Shown piece after piece: positions 23,570 through 31,700 of a DNA stretch of 33,461 bases (the first letter of the stretch is position 1; each line of letters opens with the position of its first letter). The notes under the pieces were generated by a model. That model ran no database searches. It saw nothing but the letters and a program-made list of their open reading frames with translations, and was not told where the DNA came from. Both the position numbers and the translations under genes were made by a program. Where the stretch lies: the IMG/VR virus record IMGVR_UViG_3300032296_001854; one strand, 5' to 3'. Source of the DNA: an uncultured virus (IMG/VR IMGVR_UViG_3300032296_001854) (Duplodnaviria > Heunggongvirae > Uroviricota > Caudoviricetes).

Positions 23570-24592
23570 ATGACCCCAAAACTGCTGGTAAGCATCGTAA
23601 ACTACAAAGACCCAGAGTTTTTTGAAACTGTGAGGAGTCTTTGGGACACTTGCGAGTTTAAAGATTCTATTGTGTTTTCTTTAGTTGATGAGGATGAAGC
23701 GCCTAAAGATTTTTCTTTTATTCCAGAAAAAAATTTAATTTACAGATATTTTTCCTCCGATAAATATTATGGCGGGCTGTGTTGGGCAAGAAACTTAGCT
23801 ACAAAGGTAGATTTTAACTATGATTACTTTGTTCAGTTTGATTCCCATTCTAGAGCTCGTAAAGGGTGGGATATAAGGGGGTACGAAAACTATAAATATA
23901 TAGAAGCGGCGTTTTCAGAAGAAAAAGTATTAATTTGCTATGCGCCTCCTTCTTATTTTATAGATAAAGAAGGAAATGTAGATATAGAACTAGAAACCAA
24001 CAAGTTTGGACAAAGAGCTGTTTGGTATAAAGACTTAGTTCCAGGATATGAATTTCCTGGGTATAGAGAATTAACTGGAACAGAGGTTGCAAAAACATAT
24101 TGGACCACTTGTATGTACATGTTTGCTCCAAAAGCTTGGATAGATGAAGTCGGAGTAGATGGGATTGGGGCTTTTAGTACTGAGGAGTTCAATCAATCTA
24201 TAAGAACGTTTTCAAAGGGTTGGTCTATATACGCAATTGGGGCTAGAGACGTTTTTCATCAACACCATGATTCTTGGGGACGAAACTATACAAAGGCAGC
24301 TTTACGGCCTTGGGGTGATGAAAGAGAAAACGCTTATTGGGACCATGTACTAAGGGCTACTAACCACCTTGGCAGACTTCTAGCTGGGTTAGAAGACGTG
24401 CCTATAGAAAAAGTAAAAGAATTTTTTAAAGTGACTGAAATAGATGAGCGTTTCTTAGATATGTCAGACGCTTACTACGATACGGTTAATGCACGAGGTA
24501 AAGCTTTGGGAATGCCACCAAGACCAAACAGAAACGGCATGCCCCCTCTACCCTCTCCAGACGCACCAGTATTTAAGCCTGACAGACCGTAA
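23570..24592 (+). CDS. GlcNAc transferase, GT60 / Gnt1 (Skp1 hydroxyproline GlcNAcT)-like
   Basis: LVSIVNYKDPE, GLCWAR, YFVQFDSHSR...WD, EE...SIRTFSKGW..Y, match the GT60 VSIASYRDPE / GPCxAR / LQIDSH pattern. Confidence 0.78.
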   Translation: MTPKLLVSIVNYKDPEFFETVRSLWDTCEFKDSIVFSLVDEDEAPKDFSFIPEKNLIYRYFSSDKYYGGLCWARNLATKVDFNYDYFVQFDSHSRARKGWDIRGYENYKYIEAAFSEEKVLICYAPPSYFIDKEGNVDIELETNKFGQRAVWYKDLVPGYEFPGYRELTGTEVAKTYWTTCMYMFAPKAWIDEVGVDGIGAFSTEEFNQSIRTFSKGWSIYAIGARDVFHQHHDSWGRNYTKAALRPWGDERENAYWDHVLRATNHLGRLLAGLEDVPIEKVKEFFKVTEIDERFLDMSDAYYDTVNARGKALGMPPRPNRNGMPPLPSPDAPVFKPDRP

Positions 24593-24607
24593 ATACTCTT
24601 AGACAAT
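24577..24607 (+). promoter_or_regulatory. putative late promoter
   Basis: GCCTGAC-N18-GACAAT, same geometry as 26681 and 30800. Confidence 0.6.
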
Positions 24608-24663
24608 AGGTAAGGCGCCCCCGATATCAGGCGTTCACTACCACTCTAGAGAATAGGTACAAA

Positions 24664-25593
24664 ATGGCAACAGATTCTTCAGGTCGACAGGCCGTCGATT
24701 TTGTATGGGGCAACTTCCCTATGCAGCCAAACGACGACCGTGCGGCTACAGTCACCAACACTGGTGGTTCAACTGGCGATTACGGTTGGGCACAGACTAC
24801 AAAAGTAGCAAGCGCTCGTCTTGACGCAGCTCTTGACAATCACGCAAACGTAGAAGCTGGATGGTCAGGCTATCCAACATTTACTGCAGGCGCAGGTAAC
24901 TATATGGTTACTGAAGCTTCAGGTAACGGAACAACCGTAACCTACAAGTCACAGAACAGCTTAGCTGCAGGTGATGTTGTAAATATTACTGGTCTTACCG
25001 CATCTTCTTACAACCTTTCAAGCGCAACTGTAGCTAGCGCAAACGCTCTTCAGTTCACAGTAACTAACGCTGCTAACGGCGGCTTAATTACTGGTCAGCG
25101 CGGTAAGGTTGAGTCAACAACTGCTCTAACAGCAGCTGATGGCGTAGGTCTTGGAAACATTATCGTTCCTAGCGTACTTGGCGATACCACAGCAGTAGCT
25201 ATTGACGAACTACGCGATGCTGGTTACGAGTTGGCTAACATTACAACGGCTTCAGCAGCTACTAACGCAGCTGTAACCGTTACAGCAGCAGCACGCACAG
25301 CTGGTCAGACAACCACAACCATTACCGCAGCCTCACACGGCTACGTTACTGGCAACAAGGTTACGCTTTCTTCTGTCGATGCTTCAGTCAACGGAACATA
25401 CACAGTTACACGCCTTACAGACAACACCTTCACAGTTACAACTACAGCAACCACAGTCTTGGCCCTCACAGGCATTACAGGCTCAGTTGTGGCAGTTGCT
25501 GGAACTATCAAGTCCCAGAGCACTGCAGCTGGTGCAGCAGGCGTTGCAACAACAGCAACAATTACTATCACCCCTTGGGCTGCTGCTTCCTAA
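24664..25593 (+). CDS. Ala/Thr-rich virion protein with repeated beta domains and a PASTA-like segment
   Basis: Two GxxVxI/L...YN/VNG...F.V repeats; VPSVLGDT..VAIDELRDAG; own promoter and terminator. Confidence 0.65.
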   Translation: MATDSSGRQAVDFVWGNFPMQPNDDRAATVTNTGGSTGDYGWAQTTKVASARLDAALDNHANVEAGWSGYPTFTAGAGNYMVTEASGNGTTVTYKSQNSLAAGDVVNITGLTASSYNLSSATVASANALQFTVTNAANGGLITGQRGKVESTTALTAADGVGLGNIIVPSVLGDTTAVAIDELRDAGYELANITTASAATNAAVTVTAAARTAGQTTTTITAASHGYVTGNKVTLSSVDASVNGTYTVTRLTDNTFTVTTTATTVLALTGITGSVVAVAGTIKSQSTAAGAAGVATTATITITPWAAAS

Positions 25594-25604
25594 TAGCGCC
25601 CAAC

Positions 25605-25643
25605 AAAAAAGCCCCCTGCTGTTACGCAGGGGGCTTTTTCTTT
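25605..25643. terminator. bidirectional intrinsic terminator
   Basis: AAAAAAGCCCCCTGC-TGTTAC-GCAGGGGGCTTTTTCTTTT between convergent genes. Confidence 0.88.
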
Positions 25644-25647
25644 TAAG

Positions 25648-26196
25648 CTAGTTTATTGTCGGAAACTCCTTATAGAAGTCTTCAAATCTTTCTCCATTTG
25701 TCTGCCCTGGGTACACCTTCCACGATGTCCAGTCAGCTCCTCTATTTGACATGTGATACGCAATTTTTGCGTTAGTCACGGGGTCAAAGAGTTCTTTATT
25801 AGTTTGTAGGTTAAATTTTTCTCGCCTATCCGCTCCTAGGTCACCAAGCATATTGATTTGGAAGATGCCATATGAGTTATCTCCCGTGTTCGTATTGTCG
25901 TTGTGGGCAATAGGTCGGCCGTTCGATTCTTTCATCGCTACGGCCCAAGCAGTCCTGAGGGCCTTTCCCTCAAACCCGACTGCTTGAAGCAGGTCTTTAA
26001 GTTCCGCCTTGTCTAACGACTTGGCATTCTTAAAGTCAGCTAACGGGTCTTCGACTACGACTATAGGTCGTACCGCTTCTTGTGTACCCACATCCGCTCT
26101 TGCTGCTGCAATTACAAATGGGCTACCAATCAGTACCATGACATAAACCATGATAATTGCCAGTTGGCTGTTTTGCTCTTTGCTGATATTAAGCAT
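25648..26196 (-). CDS. membrane-anchored/secreted lytic transglycosylase (SLT)
   Basis: AWAVAMKES, SYGIFQIN, LFDPVTNAKIAY, DWTSW; N-terminal TM; GAGGAG SD before MLNISK. Confidence 0.85.
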   Translation of the reverse strand: MLNISKEQNSQLAIIMVYVMVLIGSPFVIAAARADVGTQEAVRPIVVVEDPLADFKNAKSLDKAELKDLLQAVGFEGKALRTAWAVAMKESNGRPIAHNDNTNTGDNSYGIFQINMLGDLGADRREKFNLQTNKELFDPVTNAKIAYHMSNRGADWTSWKVYPGQTNGERFEDFYKEFPTIN

Positions 26197-26430
26197 TTGA
26201 TTGCTCCTCTCAGTAGTGGCAAAAGGCTCCATTGCTGGAGCCTTTCAGGTTCTAGACTGCCACAGAGTTACAGCAACGGTCAAGTTAAGCCACGCATAGA
26301 AAAAATAATTTTTTTACGCTGACATAATTAAAATCTCAGTATTTAATATAAATACGGTATTTCTGCATTTTATTGCTACACGGACAACATACACGCGTAT
26401 TCTAATTTAAACTACCATGGGGAGCAGTAA

Positions 26431-26676
26431 ATGTCTTTTGCAGAATGGGCCGCTACGCTAGCTAGCTTGTCAGCTTTTGGAGCCGCAATCATTGCGGCTA
26501 CATCATGGATATTAAAGAATTATCTAAAGAACTTTGTTCACGAGTTGAAGCCCAATGGAGGCTCCTCAATAAAAGACACCGTTAATAAGATTCACTTGGA
26601 GCTCACCGACCTTCGCATCTCGGTAGCCCGTCTAGAGGGGCGTTTTACCCAGCACCTAGAAGACGGAAAAGAGTAA
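26431..26676 (+). CDS. small membrane protein in lysis cassette
   Basis: N-terminal TM, ELKPNGGSS.KD motif, coiled-coil C-terminus; GGGGAG SD. Confidence 0.7.
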   Translation: MSFAEWAATLASLSAFGAAIIAATSWILKNYLKNFVHELKPNGGSSIKDTVNKIHLELTDLRISVARLEGRFTQHLEDGKE

Positions 26677-26680
26677 TTTA

Positions 26681-26711
26681 GCCTGACATTACATTTCTCC
26701 TGGGGCACACT
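26681..26711 (+). promoter_or_regulatory. putative late promoter
   Basis: GCCTGAC-N18-CACACT. Confidence 0.6.
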
Positions 26712-26737
26712 AGTAGGTGACCTAAAAGGAGATTTTG

Positions 26738-27295
26738 ATGGCAGAACAAGGTACCGCCGCCCGACTAGTAGAAGTCGCGCTTGGCGAGGTTGGCTATATT
26801 GAAGGTCCTAAAGACAATGAGACCAAGTATGGCAAATTTACAAAAGCAAATTATCAGCCATGGTGTGGCAGCTTTGTAATGTGGTGCGCCAATGAAGCTG
26901 GCGTTAAAGTTCCTAATACTGTTTATACCCCAGCAGGCGCAGAAGCTTTTAAAAAAACTGGTCGCTGGCATGAAGATAATCCACAGCCTGGAGATATCGT
27001 ATATTTTGATTTTCCCGCAGACGGCGTAGACCGCATTTCTCACGTAGGTATTGTTATTAAAGATAACGGTGACGGAACTGTAACCTGCGTAGAAGGAAAC
27101 ACAGCAGGAGACCCTAAAGGTAATCAGCGCAACGGCGGCGAGTGCTGCAAGAAAATTCGCGCTTATAAGAAAAACAATGCTAAGAAACTTCAGGTTGGAA
27201 TCGTTGGTTTCGGCCGTCCAAAATTTGCTGGAGCACCTGCTGCTGCCCCAGCTGAAAGTAATATCTGTCCTACTTGCAAGCAGCCAGTAAAATAA
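26738..27295 (+). CDS. endolysin, CHAP domain
   Basis: GYIEG..NETKYG, PWCGSFVMWC, PGDIVYFDF, SHVGIV, VEGNT. Confidence 0.9.
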   Translation: MAEQGTAARLVEVALGEVGYIEGPKDNETKYGKFTKANYQPWCGSFVMWCANEAGVKVPNTVYTPAGAEAFKKTGRWHEDNPQPGDIVYFDFPADGVDRISHVGIVIKDNGDGTVTCVEGNTAGDPKGNQRNGGECCKKIRAYKKNNAKKLQVGIVGFGRPKFAGAPAAAPAESNICPTCKQPVK

Positions 27296-27304
27296 GGAGA
27301 TAAC

Positions 27305-27586
27305 ATGAATAAAGCTATGATTGAGTCCTATGCACGTAACCTGCTTGGTCAAGTTATTGGTGCCGTGATGATTGTCATGCAGACAAGTGGAGTTGCAACC
27401 CCTCTTGAGTTCGGTGCATCAGAATGGCTTTTAGTTGCTAACGCACTATGGGCATCATTAGTGCCTGTTGCACTTCGTTGGGTAAATAAGAAAGACCCAG
27501 CATTTGGTCGCATTGCAGACGCTGCGGCAAAAGAAATTACAAAAAAAATTGCAGCTGAAGTTAAAAAGTCAGCTAAGAAGAAGTAA
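27305..27586 (+). CDS. holin
   Basis: Two TM segments, basic C-tail, directly after endolysin; AAGGAG SD. Confidence 0.75.
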   Translation: MNKAMIESYARNLLGQVIGAVMIVMQTSGVATPLEFGASEWLLVANALWASLVPVALRWVNKKDPAFGRIADAAAKEITKKIAAEVKKSAKKK

Positions 27587-27597
27587 GGGGAAGACAC

Positions 27598-27825
27598 ATG
27601 GCAAGCAAAACTCAATGCGATAACTGCGATAACTCCGCATCCTATACATGTGCAGACCCAGGTGTAAACCCTGTTAACTACTGCACAGACTGTCTTCCAA
27701 CCTGGCTACTGCAAAGAGCTGAGGCTGGTCACTTTCCATTAGTTGAACAGCTTCCAGACTCTGATAAACCAAAGAAGAAGGCTGAAGCAAAAGCAGAAGC
27801 GTCTTCGGCAGATGAAGGTAATTAG
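27598..27825 (+). CDS. zinc-finger hypothetical protein
   Basis: CDNC...YCTDCLP. Confidence 0.7.
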   Translation: MASKTQCDNCDNSASYTCADPGVNPVNYCTDCLPTWLLQRAEAGHFPLVEQLPDSDKPKKKAEAKAEASSADEGN

Positions 27826-28093
27826 AAAACAGGCTGTACAGGTACACCCAGTACCAGACCGTATAACTGAGCCTCAGGGCCCTTTTCCTAGAGAACTGTT
27901 TAGGGAACAGAGGATAGTCACTGACTATCAGTCTGCCTATGATGAAGATGGGTCAGATGTACCTATTGGCGGCACTGTTCAAAATAACTTTGAACGCGTA
28001 ATGCGTTGTGCCCGTTGTTTTGAAAAAGTGCTACAGTCTGAGACTAAAGACCATGTTTGCGAGGACGTAGCCGAAGATGCCGAAGAAGAATAG
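27812..28093 (+). CDS. hypothetical protein with C-terminal CxxC...HxC
   Basis: Start revised to MKVIRKQ. Confidence 0.65.
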   Translation: MKVIRKQAVQVHPVPDRITEPQGPFPRELFREQRIVTDYQSAYDEDGSDVPIGGTVQNNFERVMRCARCFEKVLQSETKDHVCEDVAEDAEEE

Positions 28094-28562
28094 CGGTTAT
28101 TACAAACGCTCCGCCGATAACGCAAATCGAGTACTAAACCTATCTCAGGCATTTGCTGAAAAACTTGGCGTTCAATCTCCAATTGATAAGGCGTTCTCTG
28201 CCGCTATCCCCATGGAAATCTCTCAGGGGTTTAGACAAAGGTCTGCTAACACTACTAACCCTTCACGCCCAAGAGCGCAAGCAATTGCTTATCATTCAGA
28301 AACTAAAGTTTTATATGTGGTATTTAGAGACGGTACTTGGTGGGAGTATAGAAATTGCCCACCTATACATTGGCAAAACTTACAGACAACAGAATCAACT
28401 GGTAAATATCTAAGAGAAAGCGGCTTAGACAAATGGCCAGACATGGGACCAGCAAACGTCTCAGACTTACCAGAGGATGGTGGACTTTCCGCATCTTCTA
28501 AAGAGATGTTAAGTTATGCAGCTGAGGTATCAAAAAGAATGCAGGCAGATACGGAGTTTTAA
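28077..28562 (+). CDS. KTSC domain protein
   Basis: AIAYHSETKVLYVVFRDGTWWEY.NCP...WQNL...ESTGKYL. Confidence 0.75.
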   Translation: MPKKNSGYYKRSADNANRVLNLSQAFAEKLGVQSPIDKAFSAAIPMEISQGFRQRSANTTNPSRPRAQAIAYHSETKVLYVVFRDGTWWEYRNCPPIHWQNLQTTESTGKYLRESGLDKWPDMGPANVSDLPEDGGLSASSKEMLSYAAEVSKRMQADTEF

Positions 28563-28565
28563 TAT

Positions 28566-28856
28566 ATGAAGTCAATCGGACCACTATATGTTGGCAAACT
28601 TAGATACTGGCATAAAAAAGCCCTACCCATTTTAGAATTAGGTTCTACCCAAGAAACCGACTTCCCGTATAGGAAGGGAAAGTGTTTAGTATTTAGAGCT
28701 CCGTTTACTGAGCCTGGTTATTACTGTGGGGTGTTTTATAAAACCCCAAATGTGGCGCCTGATGACGAAGACGCTATTGATAGGCTATTCTTAGATGCTA
28801 TGAAAGGCAGAAAAGCCTGGGTACCTGAAGATGGAGCATATGATGAGTTTTTTTAA
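28566..28856 (+). CDS. hypothetical protein
   Basis: GGAG SD, 96 aa. Confidence 0.7.
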   Translation: MKSIGPLYVGKLRYWHKKALPILELGSTQETDFPYRKGKCLVFRAPFTEPGYYCGVFYKTPNVAPDDEDAIDRLFLDAMKGRKAWVPEDGAYDEFF

Positions 28857-29085
28857 AAAGGAACCGTGGGTAAAGCCTTTCCCTGAAAAAGTGGCTAAAC
28901 GAGTATCTAGGATTCCAACAGCTGAGTTAGAGATGTGGGCTGAGCAGGCTCTGATTGAGATATCCAAGTGTTTATCTGGATATTCAAAGAAAAGGGACCA
29001 GGTTTACATTGATGAGGCCCTAAAGGGCTCTGAAGCCCTCCACGCAGTCATTGACGAGTTGCATCGCCGAGTGACTATCAAATAG
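28840..29085 (+). CDS. hypothetical helical protein upstream of terminase
   Basis: GGAG SD; operon position. Confidence 0.7.
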   Translation: MMSFFKKEPWVKPFPEKVAKRVSRIPTAELEMWAEQALIEISKCLSGYSKKRDQVYIDEALKGSEALHAVIDELHRRVTIK

Positions 29086-29138
29086 GATTATGATAGAATT
29101 AGTTCTGCCTCTCTCTTCCTCTCCCGTGTGATGGCCAA

Positions 29139-29172
29139 AGAACCTGGGTTTCAACATCCAGGTTTTTTGTTT
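29139..29172 (+). terminator. intrinsic terminator upstream of terL
   Basis: AAGAACCTGGG-TTTCAACA-TCCAGGTTTTTTGTTTT. Confidence 0.65.
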
Positions 29173-29189
29173 TCCTCTAAACTTTTCAT

Positions 29190-30788
29190 ATGGAGAATTA
29201 CAACGTGCTAGAAGATGAAGAAGACGACCAATTTTTTCCAGACGATGAGCTGGAGGATGAAGATAGTATTCCTGAAGAGGTTGAAGAAGAACTTGATGAG
29301 CTTTCTAAAGAGTTTGTAAAAAAACTTGTAGATAAAACAATTACCTTTATGAACGCCCTTGTTGGGCATGAGCTACACCCATATCAAATGCCGCTTGCGC
29401 GTCGCATCATTGAGTCTGTAATTATTAACGACGGTGAAGAAATTACAGCACTAGCTGCACGTCAGTCAGGTAAATCAGAAACTATTGCTAATACCGTAGC
29501 AACATTGATGGTTCTTTTGCCACGTTTAGCAAAAATGTATCCAGACTTATTGGGTCAGTTTAAAGACGGTATTTGGGTAGGCATGTTTGCTCCTGTTGAA
29601 GGTCAGGTAGAAACGCTATTTGGTAGAACTGTTAATAGACTTACTAGTGAGCGTGCACAAGAGATTTTAGGCGACCCAGAGATTGATGATTCCCTTGGAA
29701 AAGTCCCTGGAGTTACACGACAGATTAAACTTAAAAACTCAGGTAGTAGCCTCATGATGATGACTGCTAACCCGCGTGCAAAGATTGAGTCCAAGTCCTT
29801 CCATCTTATTGTTATTGACGAGTGTCAAGAAGCAGACGATTTTGTAGTATCTAAATCTATCTCTCCTATGTTGGCGTACTACTCAGGAACTATGGTTAAG
29901 ACTGGTACACCAACAACTTCTAAGAACAATTTTTACCGTTCTATTCAGTTAAATAAGCGCAGACAAACAGCAAGGTCTGTACGTATGAATCATTTTGAGT
30001 GGGACTATAAGGATGTTTCTAAGTTCAATGCTAACTACGCAAAGTTCATCAAGAAAGAGATGTTGCGTATTGGTGAGGACTCTGACGAGTTCCAAATGTC
30101 GTATAACTGCAAGTGGTTACTAGAACGAGGTATGTTTGTAACCTCAGCTATTATGGATGAGCTGGGCGACACTTCTCAGGAAACCGTTAAGGCTTGGCAC
30201 CGTTCTCCAGTGGTAGTTGGTATTGACCCAGCCCGTAAGTTAGACTCTACAGTTGTAACAGTTGTCTGGGTAGATTGGGACCGCCCAGATGAGTTTGGAT
30301 ATTTTGACCACAGGGTCCTTAATTGGCTGGAGCTACAAGGTGATGACTGGGAAGACCAATATTTTCAAATTACTAACTTCTTGGGTAATTATGACGTACT
30401 TGCTGTTGGCGTTGACGCTAACGGCGTGGGTGATGCGGTTGCACAAAGACTCAAACTCCTCCTCCCACGAGCAGAGGTTCATGCCTTAACTAGTAGCCAA
30501 CCTGAACAATCTAAACGTTGGAAACACTTAAAAGCACTAATTGACAGGCGAATGATTGGCTGGCCTGCACACGCCAAAACTAGAAGACTGCGCACATGGA
30601 AGCGTTTTTACCAACAAATGACAGATTTGGAAACTAAATTTACTGGACCAAACTTTCTTGCCCATGCCCCTGACGAAGCCCATGCCCACGATGATTATGC
30701 CGATAGTTTGGCCATAGCCGTATCCCTAACCTTGGATATGACCATGCCTTCTGTAGAGGTCTCTACGTCCCCGTTCTTTTCTAGGTAG
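29190..30788 (+). CDS. terL: terminase large subunit
   Basis: LHPYQ, ARQSGKS Walker A, LIVIDECQ Walker B, GTP coupling motif, VGIDPA and HDDYADSL nuclease motifs. Confidence 0.95.
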   Translation: MENYNVLEDEEDDQFFPDDELEDEDSIPEEVEEELDELSKEFVKKLVDKTITFMNALVGHELHPYQMPLARRIIESVIINDGEEITALAARQSGKSETIANTVATLMVLLPRLAKMYPDLLGQFKDGIWVGMFAPVEGQVETLFGRTVNRLTSERAQEILGDPEIDDSLGKVPGVTRQIKLKNSGSSLMMMTANPRAKIESKSFHLIVIDECQEADDFVVSKSISPMLAYYSGTMVKTGTPTTSKNNFYRSIQLNKRRQTARSVRMNHFEWDYKDVSKFNANYAKFIKKEMLRIGEDSDEFQMSYNCKWLLERGMFVTSAIMDELGDTSQETVKAWHRSPVVVGIDPARKLDSTVVTVVWVDWDRPDEFGYFDHRVLNWLELQGDDWEDQYFQITNFLGNYDVLAVGVDANGVGDAVAQRLKLLLPRAEVHALTSSQPEQSKRWKHLKALIDRRMIGWPAHAKTRRLRTWKRFYQQMTDLETKFTGPNFLAHAPDEAHAHDDYADSLAIAVSLTLDMTMPSVEVSTSPFFSR

Positions 30789-30799
30789 TTACCACTTTA

Positions 30800-30830
30800 G
30801 CCTGACTTTACGGCCAATACGTAGGACACT
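30800..30830 (+). promoter_or_regulatory. putative late promoter
   Basis: GCCTGAC-N18-GACACT. Confidence 0.6.
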
Positions 30831-30870
30831 TTTATACGAGGTCCTCAACCCTTTAATAAGGAGTATAAAA

Positions 30871-31269
30871 ATGGCAATTGCCCCAACACCTAAGTTCCCT
30901 GAGCGTCCAGGAAATATTTACGACCGTAAAGTTTCCGCAGCGACTCCTGGACAGCGCGGCCCACTTCGTTTTGAAGAAGGCTTAGCAACAGATACAGATA
31001 TCCCAACACAGTTTACTAACGGCGCTATGCAAGGCTACGAGCCAGCTGCAGGACGCCCTAATCGTAACAAGCCAGTGCACACAAAGACCGCAGAAGAAAC
31101 AATGCGCGAACGTGCACATGTTGGTTCAGCTGCATGGGTAGAAGCACCACAGAATCTCTCAGAGTTTTCTTCAGGCGCTTTTGCAGACCACGGCGACAAC
31201 CGCTTCGAACAAGAAGTTCGCAACGGCGCTCGCCAGTATAAGTCTAACCCAGCAGTAGTCGAAGACTAA
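30871..31269 (+). CDS. probable virion/head-associated protein
   Basis: AAGGAG SD; between terL and portal; GPLRFEEG, RERAHVGSAAWVEAP. Confidence 0.75.
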   Translation: MAIAPTPKFPERPGNIYDRKVSAATPGQRGPLRFEEGLATDTDIPTQFTNGAMQGYEPAAGRPNRNKPVHTKTAEETMRERAHVGSAAWVEAPQNLSEFSSGAFADHGDNRFEQEVRNGARQYKSNPAVVED

Positions 31270-31340
31270 TAAAAGAGCTAACCCACCCCTGCGCAACATT
31301 CCAGCGCAGGGTTGGTCCTCTTTCTATTTAAGGATTAACT

Positions 31341-31649
31341 ATGGCACTGATTCAAGGTAAAGAAGTAAAGAAGACGGAAAAGCAGGAACCTGCTAATCCA
31401 AAACTTTATAACATGGTAGTTGCGCAGGCTCGCGCCAAGTTCACCACTTATCCTTCCCCTGCCGCCGCCCACTGGGTTCGTTCTCGTTATAATCAACTTG
31501 GTGGTCAGTATGTTAAATCCAAGAGGGAAGTAGACCCTCGTTTTCGCGACTACGCCGCTGAAGAAAAAAAGAAAAAGGAAGACCAACAAAAGAAGAAGGT
31601 CACCAAGAAGGTGGGTAAGGGTAATATCAGAGGCGAGCGCTTCCGCTAA
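31341..31649 (+). CDS. basic hypothetical protein
   Basis: PANPKLY...YPSPAA..WV..Y...GG.Y; AAGGA SD. Confidence 0.75.
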   Translation: MALIQGKEVKKTEKQEPANPKLYNMVVAQARAKFTTYPSPAAAHWVRSRYNQLGGQYVKSKREVDPRFRDYAAEEKKKKEDQQKKKVTKKVGKGNIRGERFR

Positions 31650-31700
31650 AATAAATAGCGTGGTACCCTTTCCTGGTTGTTTTTAGAAAAAGGTGGATAG

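Noticed and set aside
26197..26290. c-di-AMP (ydaO) riboswitch before the SLT gene
   Set aside because: Leader is too short and shows a single hairpin without recognisable ydaO consensus
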